A DNA stretch of 54,407 nt from Deltaproteobacteria bacterium (GTDB lineage: Bacteria; Desulfobacterota; Syntrophia; Syntrophales; UBA2210): the NCBI GenBank assembly GCA_026388515.1, contig JAPLJO010000167.1, positions 1 to 54,407 on the forward strand, given 5' to 3'. Each line of letters opens with the position of its first letter. The stretch's first letter is position 1. The position numbers and the translations under genes are program-made. Below the pieces are notes generated by a model, which worked only from the letters and a program-made list of their open reading frames with translations, was not told the DNA's origin and searched no databases. This document shows positions 47,355 to 54,407 of this stretch, one piece after another.

Positions 47355-48365
47355 ATGGCAGAGGGCCTGACGTGGAATGTGTATGACGCCAATACGATGA
47401 CACAGGCCGATATTTACGGCGACGTGTTATGCCTGCTTGGTGAAAAATACGACCGTATCGTCGGTCTTTCGGCCGACCTTGCCAAGTCTACGAAGATCGG
47501 AAAATTCGCTGAAAAATATCCCCACCGGTTCTTCAATGCGGGCATCGCGGAGCAGAATATGTTCGGCATGGCGGCGGGGCTTGCCCTTTCGGGCCTCGTG
47601 CCTGTCGTCTCGACCATGGCTGTGTTTACCACCATGCGTGCGGCGGAGCAGGTCCGGACCGACATATGCTATCAGAACCTCGACGTGAAGATAATCGCCA
47701 CGCACGGCGGGATCTCCTTCGGGCAGGCCGGCACCACGCACCAGTGCACCGAGGACATCGCGATAATGCGCTCCATGGCCAATATGACGGTGGTGGTGCC
47801 CGCGGACGGCATCGAATGCGGCAACGCAGTCATCGCCTGCATCGAACATCCCGGCCCGGTCTATATCCGGATCGGCCGCGGGTTCGAACCGACATGCTAT
47901 GAAAACGACACGTATGGCTTTGAAATCGGGAAGTCCGTGGAAATCGTCCCCGGCAGCGATATCACGCTCATCTGCTGCGGCATCACCGTACTGCAGGCGC
48001 GGGAGGCGGCGCAGATACTGAAGAAAACCGACGGCCTGAGTGTCAGGGTCATCAATATGCATACGATAAAGCCCCTCGACGCCGAGGCGGTGCGGAAGGC
48101 CATTGCCGAGACGCGCCGGATCATCACCTTCGAGGACCATAACATTTATGGGGGGCTCGGAAGCGCGGTGGCCGAAGTCATCGCCGAAAGCGGCAAGGCC
48201 TGCGCCTTTACCCGTGTGGGCATACCGGACTGTTATTCCCTCGTGGGATATCCGGAAGACCTCTACCACCACTATAAATTCGACGCGGACGGTATCGTCG
48301 GAAAGGTGAGAGAGGTTATGGGAAAAGACTTCGAAGAGGATGAAAACTGGGAGGACGGTTTCTGA
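47355..48365 (+). CDS. Transketolase-like protein, C-terminal subunit
   Basis: ADLAKST, GIAEQNM, GTTHQCTED, GPVYIR, TIKPLD, GGLGSAVAE. Confidence 0.92.
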   Translation: MAEGLTWNVYDANTMTQADIYGDVLCLLGEKYDRIVGLSADLAKSTKIGKFAEKYPHRFFNAGIAEQNMFGMAAGLALSGLVPVVSTMAVFTTMRAAEQVRTDICYQNLDVKIIATHGGISFGQAGTTHQCTEDIAIMRSMANMTVVVPADGIECGNAVIACIEHPGPVYIRIGRGFEPTCYENDTYGFEIGKSVEIVPGSDITLICCGITVLQAREAAQILKKTDGLSVRVINMHTIKPLDAEAVRKAIAETRRIITFEDHNIYGGLGSAVAEVIAESGKACAFTRVGIPDCYSLVGYPEDLYHHYKFDADGIVGKVREVMGKDFEEDENWEDGF

Positions 48366-48366
48366 C

Positions 48367-49152
48367 ATGGCACCCGACAAGGACAGAATGGCGGCACAGC
48401 TTTTTCTGCAGGCCCTTTTCCCCTTATTGAAGGTGGTCCTGGGGGATAACCAGAACATCAGAAAAAAGTTCGAGGGCGTGACTGCGAAAATTCAGTTTGT
48501 GGCGCGGGATGCCAGGCAGGGGGACCTTGGCGCCTATCTCTCGTTCAATAACGGTACTCTCGATGTGGTACAGGGCATATGCCCCGATCCCGCTATTGCG
48601 TTCAAGTTTTCCAGCGTCAAAAGGATGGCGGCCATGCTGGCAGGCAAACCGGCTCTCTTCCGCATCGGGGGCTTCTACCGGCTTGGCCTGCTCTTTAAGC
48701 TGCTCTCCCTCCTGATGACCCTCACGCTTCTCATGCCCACGGCAAAACCGAAAGATCCCGCCAAGAAACGGCTGAAAGTGAAACTTTCAATATACATGAT
48801 GGCAGCTTCGCTGAGCAGGTATAACAAGCTGGGAGATCCCGAGATCAACAAGTGGACCGGAAAACAGCCCGAGCGGGTGTACCAGTTTTCCGTGACCGGT
48901 GAAGATGATATCGCCGCCTATCTGCGGGTGAAGGCTGGCAACACGCAGGCGGCGCCGGGCAGGTATACCAAGAGAAAGCCCTTCGTGCACATGAAGTTCA
49001 GGGGCATCGACGAAGCCATTCCCATACTGCTGAATGAAATCAACATGGTGAAGGCCGTCGAGAAGGGGTACCTTTCGCTCGAGGGGTCGCCGGAATACGC
49101 ACGTGACCTCGGCAATTTTCTCATGAGGATTCAGACGCTCGTCATGGGGTAA
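48367..49152 (+). CDS. Hypothetical protein with two SCP2-like repeats
   Basis: Two segments of the type QF...AYL...G...G...F; C-terminal AVEKGYLSLEG resembles SCP2. Confidence 0.55.
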   Translation: MAPDKDRMAAQLFLQALFPLLKVVLGDNQNIRKKFEGVTAKIQFVARDARQGDLGAYLSFNNGTLDVVQGICPDPAIAFKFSSVKRMAAMLAGKPALFRIGGFYRLGLLFKLLSLLMTLTLLMPTAKPKDPAKKRLKVKLSIYMMAASLSRYNKLGDPEINKWTGKQPERVYQFSVTGEDDIAAYLRVKAGNTQAAPGRYTKRKPFVHMKFRGIDEAIPILLNEINMVKAVEKGYLSLEGSPEYARDLGNFLMRIQTLVMG

Positions 49153-49176
49153 CCACCATCCGGGGAGGAAAGAGCA

Positions 49177-50127
49177 ATGGCTCCATCAGGAAATATTCTC
49201 GGCATCACCGGCGCATTCGGCTACATAGGCAAGCGCCTGATGAAACGCCTTGAGCAGGACACGGAGTTTGAGCGGATAGTGTGCGTTGACATCGCGCCCG
49301 CCCCCTCCGACCTCCCGCATCGCTATGAATACCGCCAGTGCGATATCCGGGATGGAGAAAAGCTTCTCTCTGTGTTCAAGCAGGCCGGCGTCACGACGGT
49401 GATACACCTTGCCTTCATCGCCTATCCGACGCGTGACCCTCAATTCGAGTACAATGTGGACGTGAAAGGTACCGCACACGTATTGAAGGCGTGCGGGAAG
49501 ACGGGGGTGAAGAAACTCGTCGTCGCCAGCTCCGATTGCGCCTATGGATTCTTCGAGGGAACGCCTGACTACCTCCCCGAGAACGCGCCGATTCGCTCGA
49601 CGCCCGGGTTTCCCTATTCCGAAAACAAGGCCGAAATAGAAAAACTGGTGGCGGAATTTGCCGGCTCCAATCCCTCATGCCAGGTCGTCGTGCTGCGGCC
49701 GTGCATCGTCATGGGACCCACGTGCAGGAGCACCACCGCGAAGTCCATGAAAGATCCCGTCATCGTCGGCGTCAAGGGCTATGATCCCATCATGCAGTTT
49801 GTTCACGAAGACGACACCGCGGAGGCATTCTATCAGGTTGCCGTACGCAACGTATCAGGCGCGTTCAATCTTGCAGCCGACGAGGGGTTACGATACTCCG
49901 AGCTCGCGAAGTTTCTGAAGAAGCCTTTCGTGGCCCTCCCTCCCTGGCTGATTTATAATCTCGTGGAGATTCTCTTTCGTCTCAGGATAGTTCCTTTCGG
50001 GAAGGCTCAAATCGATTATATCCGCTACCCGCTTTCCATGGACATCACAAAAATAAAAAGGGAACTGGGCTTTGCGCCCCGGTATACCAGCAGGGAAACC
50101 CTGCGCTCCTTCATGGACGCCGTATAG
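49177..50127 (+). CDS. Extended SDR (NAD-dependent epimerase/dehydratase, 3-beta-HSD-like)
   Basis: TGAFGYIG, IHLA, SS..AYG, YSENK, LRPCIVMG, QFVHEDD. Confidence 0.88.
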   Translation: MAPSGNILGITGAFGYIGKRLMKRLEQDTEFERIVCVDIAPAPSDLPHRYEYRQCDIRDGEKLLSVFKQAGVTTVIHLAFIAYPTRDPQFEYNVDVKGTAHVLKACGKTGVKKLVVASSDCAYGFFEGTPDYLPENAPIRSTPGFPYSENKAEIEKLVAEFAGSNPSCQVVVLRPCIVMGPTCRSTTAKSMKDPVIVGVKGYDPIMQFVHEDDTAEAFYQVAVRNVSGAFNLAADEGLRYSELAKFLKKPFVALPPWLIYNLVEILFRLRIVPFGKAQIDYIRYPLSMDITKIKRELGFAPRYTSRETLRSFMDAV

Positions 50128-50279
50128 TTCACCCGTCCGGATGAAATGTTTCTGAAAGAATTCAGGCATGCCTCCCCGATTCTTTGCCTGTCTGAACTTT
50201 ATCTGGCATAAGCAAAAAAGCCGCGATACAATCAAGCCGAAGTGTGCACTGCCACTCTATGAAGGAACGGGGGTATATC

Positions 50280-50639
50280 ATGAAACTACGAATTTATTTC
50301 ATTGCAGTGGTTCTGCTTTTTGTCAGTGTGACGGCAGTCCACGCTCAGGAATACGGCAAGATTCGCGCCCTGCAGCAGAGGGCAATTCATGTAGTCACAC
50401 TCAAGAACGATTTTGTTTCGCGGGTGCTGACCTCATACGACATCCCCCATGAACGTAATGCACAGGGTGCCGTGGTGCGCATCAACATGGACGGCCAGTG
50501 GCTGAATATAAATGCCATTGAAATTGTTCCCGTGCTCAAGGAAGCAGCCGACAAACACCAGCAGGTCACGGCGCATGAATTATTTTTCTACACGGATGAC
50601 GGCATACTGGATCTGGTCTCGGAATTGATAATTCGCTGA
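50280..50639 (+). CDS. Hypothetical exported protein
   Basis: Signal peptide MKLRIYFIAVVLLFVSVTAVHA. Confidence 0.65.
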   Translation: MKLRIYFIAVVLLFVSVTAVHAQEYGKIRALQQRAIHVVTLKNDFVSRVLTSYDIPHERNAQGAVVRINMDGQWLNINAIEIVPVLKEAADKHQQVTAHELFFYTDDGILDLVSELIIR

Positions 50640-50702
50640 TCTGACGGCTCTGTAGAAATACCAGGAACACAACCTGAACAGGAAGAAAACGGCTCCCTTT
50701 TT

Positions 50703-50734
50703 CTCCCCTCTTTGAGAGGGGCTGGGGGTGTGTT
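50703..50734. repeat. REP-like element CCCCTCT...GAGGGG-GGGGTGTG
   Basis: ctcccctctttgagaggggctgggggtgtgtt; similar to 8475-8505. Confidence 0.5.
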
Positions 50735-50968
50735 GAATTTATTCAGGGATAAACCCATGTCTGTCCTCTACATCTCGAATCCCGCAATAAACAGCATTGC
50801 CAGTTCTTCTTTGCAGCGGGGACACACTTGAGCATCGCGGGAGGGATCGGCAGAATCAAGGAACGTATCCGTCATTTCCTCCAGAGGTGCCTATTCCGCT
50901 GATATCTCCACCTGATTCCGGAAGAAGGCGCCACAGGAATATGATCCATTGCGCCAATGGAAATAAAA

Positions 50969-51004
50969 GAACACCCCCCTGTGGTCCCCTCTCGAAGAGG
51001 GGAC
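50969..51004. repeat. REP-like element, inverted relative to the copy at 50703
   Basis: acaccccc...gtcccctctcgaagaggggac. Confidence 0.5.
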
Positions 51005-51025
51005 GAAAAAATTCTGAAAAAATAT

Positions 51026-51607
51026 TTATTCCTTGGTATGCAGCTTCTTCAACAGCCACGCCATGTTCTCACCAAGGGTTTTCATAGTCTGAATACCTTC
51101 CTCGTCTTTGAGTACATCTCCAGGATCTCTGCCTATCCCCAGGCTCCAGTAACTCGATCCGGGCATTATCATCTGCATATAATGCAGAAACAGGTTCATG
51201 GAACTGAAGGCGGGTATGGCGCCTGCCCGCCTGACTGCGACAACAGAAGCTCCCACCTTTCTTTTGAACATGTAGTCATTGGCACGTGCGACAAAACCGC
51301 CGCGCTCGATAAACGCCCGCATGCCTGAGGTAACGTCCGAGAAGTAGGTGGGCGATCCAAGAAGAATGCCATCCGCAGGTTCCATCTTTTCCAGTATGTC
51401 GTTCAAATAATCATTTTTAACGGCACAGCGGCGGTCCTTATTCTGAAAACACTTGTAGCAGGCCTTGCAGCCGGCAATCTGGTGCCCCGCCAGCTGGATC
51501 AGCTCTGTTTTTATGTGCTCCTTTTTCAGCTCATCCAGAACCGTGTTCAGCAGAATTGCCGTGTTGCCGTCTTTCCTCGCGCTGCCATTCAGGGCCACTA
51601 CTTTCAT
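51026..51607 (-). CDS. Flavodoxin-family / iron-sulfur flavoprotein (NADPH-dependent FMN reductase family)
   Basis: NGSARKDGNT, CKACYKC...C, LGSPTYF, RRAG. Confidence 0.9.
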   Translation of the reverse strand: MKVVALNGSARKDGNTAILLNTVLDELKKEHIKTELIQLAGHQIAGCKACYKCFQNKDRRCAVKNDYLNDILEKMEPADGILLGSPTYFSDVTSGMRAFIERGGFVARANDYMFKRKVGASVVAVRRAGAIPAFSSMNLFLHYMQMIMPGSSYWSLGIGRDPGDVLKDEEGIQTMKTLGENMAWLLKKLHTKE

Positions 51608-51771
51608 AAGTTTTCTCCCGGACTATTGATTTCGGACGTACCGCATTGCACGGCCACTCTCGCATTTCTTTTCGTGATGTCTGATAAAAGCCGGCGCGTA
51701 GTACCTATTTTATCGGTTCAGAAACTCTAAAATCATTAACAACTATTGCGTTTAAATCTATAGAACGACTT

Positions 51772-52668
51772 TCAAATCTGAGGATGGTTTCCGTTTCTGA
51801 TAAATGTGAGAAAAAAGAACTCTATGATATCGGTAAGTGAATGCTTGCTAAGACCAATTATTTGAGAATAACAAGTGAAATCAAATCCCCCAAAAATAAT
51901 ATGGGCCATGAGCCTTGGGTCTTTTTTTGCGATTGGAGGCAAGCCTATGTCTGTCGCTTTAATGAGATCTGCTGCTATGAGATCTATAATAAAATTATAG
52001 ATTGTTTTGATATTTACTCGTGTGAGATTTTTTTTACCGATTGATTCAGCTCTGATGATTTCGAAGATACGGCTATATTTTTTGTGAAAATTGAAATATG
52101 ACCGTGCCCTTTCACGCATCCTTATAATGATATCATCAATATTGGATATTTTTTTCTCGATATTCGTCATTTCACGGACGAGATGTTCAAATACCGTGAC
52201 AAGTAAATCTTCTTTATTCGTAAAGTAAATATAAAAAGTCCCCTTTGAAATGTTTAAGGCATCGGTAATGTGATTGATATGAACGGAATGATATCCCTTT
52301 GATGAGAACAGTTCGATCGCTTTCTCAATAATCCTTTCTTTTTGTTTTTCACCTTTCGTCGCGTCTTTTCTTTTATGAATTGTGGTTATTATTGCTTCTG
52401 GCGAATTCCAATATTTAGCAAAACGCAGTTTTACCTCACGTCGTATACCGGCAATGGGCATATGGTGTTCTTCGCGGAGCGTGCGTATGTATTTCAGTGC
52501 CTCTACATGAATATCTGTATAGAGAGACATGGTCTTTCCTGATTTAACAGGAGGCGGCAACAGTCCTTCTCTCAAATAATAATGAATGTTATGGCGTGAC
52601 ACCCCGCTTTCCTCAATCAATTCTTTGATACGCATCCAGTTTGTTCGAGTTATCTTCCGCTTGGGCAT
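51772..52668 (-). CDS. MerR-HTH + TetR fusion transcriptional regulator
   Basis: MRIKELIEESGVSRHNIHYYLREGLL (MerR) and IIEKAIELFSSKGY...SKGTFYIYFTNKEDL (TetR); low GC; track start 52695. Confidence 0.85.
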   Translation of the reverse strand: MPKRKITRTNWMRIKELIEESGVSRHNIHYYLREGLLPPPVKSGKTMSLYTDIHVEALKYIRTLREEHHMPIAGIRREVKLRFAKYWNSPEAIITTIHKRKDATKGEKQKERIIEKAIELFSSKGYHSVHINHITDALNISKGTFYIYFTNKEDLLVTVFEHLVREMTNIEKKISNIDDIIIRMRERARSYFNFHKKYSRIFEIIRAESIGKKNLTRVNIKTIYNFIIDLIAADLIKATDIGLPPIAKKDPRLMAHIIFGGFDFTCYSQIIGLSKHSLTDIIEFFFLTFIRNGNHPQI

Positions 52669-53035
52669 ATCTATTCTCCTATAGACAAGAATCATTCTCT
52701 TTATTTATGACGCCACAATAACTGTATAGAAAAAACACACTGTTGTCAAAATATGTACTGTATATTTGAAAGCATCAGGGATTTTCTGCAGAAGAAATTT
52801 GGTGATATAAAGATTATTTTCCCTTTCAGCACCCTCTCGTCGTTAAAAAACACCCTCAAATAGGTTATCTCATGCGTAAGTTATGTCTCATTGCACTATA
52901 CAGTTATGATATTATAATACTCGACAATAGATTGTCAATTAACAACATCAATGATGGTATTCGGTTATTAAAATTATATATAATAATGGTATTATTAATT
53001 AAATAGACGTTCTCGGTCATTTGATAAAAAATGTA

Positions 53036-53076
53036 TTGACAGGCTTATTAAGCTATAATAAACTGACGCGTAAGTT
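53036..53076 (+). promoter_or_regulatory. Sigma70 promoter overlapped by a palindromic operator
   Basis: TTGACA-17-TAAACT; AACTGACGCGTAAGTT palindrome at 53061-53076; related box ATCTCATGCGTAAGTT at 52867-52882. Confidence 0.55.
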
Positions 53077-53106
53077 CTATAAATTGTCCATCAGGGAGGT
53101 GATCAT

Positions 53107-54407
53107 ATGACTGTAATTAGTGCGCTTGAATCTATAGTCGGATCAGGGAACGTCTATTATGAAAACGATATTCTGGATGATCATTCACATGATAAGAGTT
53201 TCGTTCCGTCAATACGTCCCCGGTGCATTGTCAAACCACAGAAACGAAGCGAGGTAGAACATATTGTTAAATGGGCCAATGATACATTGACGCCATTGAT
53301 ACCTATAAGCTCCGGTCCCCCTCATTTTTATGGAGATACTGTTCCTCAAGCCGGGGGGTCCGTCATTGTTGATTTGAGCGGCTTGAAACAAATTATTCGT
53401 ATTGACCGGCGCAATCGCGTGGCGACGATAGAGCCGGGTGTTACCTTTCCGGAGTTAATACCGGCTTTACACAAAGAGGGATTGGCCCCGCTCATCCCAT
53501 TTATGCCGCGGCCATCGAAATCTGTTCTCGCCAGTTTTCTTGAAAGAACACCGATAACGGCTCCCCGCTTTCACTGGGAATCTATGGATCCGCTCTGCAG
53601 CCTTGAGGTTGTCTACGGAAATGGTGACATCCTCTGGACGGGTTCAGCAGGAGGTCCCGGCAGCATTGAAGAACAGTTACTCGCCGGGCGTGCCCTGATG
53701 CGGGGCATGGGACCAGGTCAGATTGATTTCACCCGCCTACTCCAGGGTGCCCAGGGCACCCTGGGAATCGTTACGTGGGGCACAATCAGATGCCGGCCAT
53801 TATTCAAAGTGCAAAAGATGTTCCTCGCACCCAGCAGTTCTCCTGACCCGTTGATAGAAATGGCATACCAAATAACATACAAAAAACTGGGAGAAGATTT
53901 ATTCATCATCAATCGATCCAATCTTGCGGCGGTCCTGGGACACACGAGAGATGAAATCAATTCCTTGAAAAAGAAACTTCCCGCTTGGATTCTTGTGTTC
54001 AGTATTGATGGTGCGGGTCTCCTGCCTGAGGAAAAGATCGCATACCAGAAAATTGAAGCCGATCAAATAGCTCAACAATTAGGGCTTAAGCTCAAGACCG
54101 CAATACCAGGGGCTAAAGCAGATGATATTTTAAAAGCGCTCGCTCATCCTTCTCAAGGGACCTATTGGAAACTGCGGTCCGACGGCGAATGCAGTGACCT
54201 GTTCTTCCTCACCACAATGGATAAGGCTCCCGGATTCATACAAAAGATGACAGAACTAGCGGACAGTCACCACTATGATTCTTCAGAAATGGGCGTCTAC
54301 ATTCAACCATGCGTTCAGGGCGCCAATTGCCATCTCGAGTTTAATTGTCCCTATGAGACAGACCCTCCGGATGACAAAGAGAATATAAAGCAGTTCATGA
54401 CACACAG
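53107..54407 (+). CDS. FAD-binding oxidoreductase, VAO/PCMH family (partial, runs off the window)
   Basis: Manual translation: PRCIVKP, PISSGPPHFYG, VDLSG...IEPGVTF, GAQGTLGIVTW, GVYIQPCVQG..CHLEF; GGAGG RBS. Confidence 0.85.
   Translation, partial: MTVISALESIVGSGNVYYENDILDDHSHDKSFVPSIRPRCIVKPQKRSEVEHIVKWANDTLTPLIPISSGPPHFYGDTVPQAGGSVIVDLSGLKQIIRIDRRNRVATIEPGVTFPELIPALHKEGLAPLIPFMPRPSKSVLASFLERTPITAPRFHWESMDPLCSLEVVYGNGDILWTGSAGGPGSIEEQLLAGRALMRGMGPGQIDFTRLLQGAQGTLGIVTWGTIRCRPLFKVQKMFLAPSSSPDPLIEMAYQITYKKLGEDLFIINRSNLAAVLGHTRDEINSLKKKLPAWILVFSIDGAGLLPEEKIAYQKIEADQIAQQLGLKLKTAIPGAKADDILKALAHPSQGTYWKLRSDGECSDLFFLTTMDKAPGFIQKMTELADSHHYDSSEMGVYIQPCVQGANCHLEFNCPYETDPPDDKENIKQFMTH

Overview
Gene-dense region, almost entirely on the + strand, from what looks like an anaerobic deltaproteobacterium (Desulfobacterota/Syntrophales-like; inferred from gene families, sigma54 circuitry and REP types, not proven). 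It is a large acyl-CoA/lipid catabolic island. (i) Nudix and SDR genes. (ii) An SCP2, acyl-CoA dehydrogenase, SCP2-type thiolase, nitroreductase, ferredoxin and CoA ligase operon. (iii) A PAS/sigma54 activator followed by a readable UAS-IHF-(-24/-12) promoter driving an ABM/Fe-S/SRPBCC/GMC operon. (iv) A TetR-led acyl-CoA dehydrogenase/MaoC/PP2C/PHP operon. (v) A ~20 kb operon of 19 intact genes with three phytoene-desaturase-family flavoproteins, a CrtC-like protein, two pairs of Cys-less (Ltp3/Ltp4-like) thiolase homologues with four DUF35 OB-fold partners, beta-oxidation enzymes and an MFS transporter. (vi) A DUF2946-like CxxC/KAPP leader upstream of a CDF transporter. (vii) A split transketolase with an SCP2-like protein and an extended SDR. 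(viii) A low-GC MerR-TetR regulator divergent from a VAO/PCMH-family flavoprotein. Several deletion relics (BKACE, type IV pilin, DUF475/flavodoxin) and REP/MITE-like repeats lie between genes. No rRNA, tRNA, CRISPR array or transposase was recognised. Family assignments are by motif recognition only; no database search was run.
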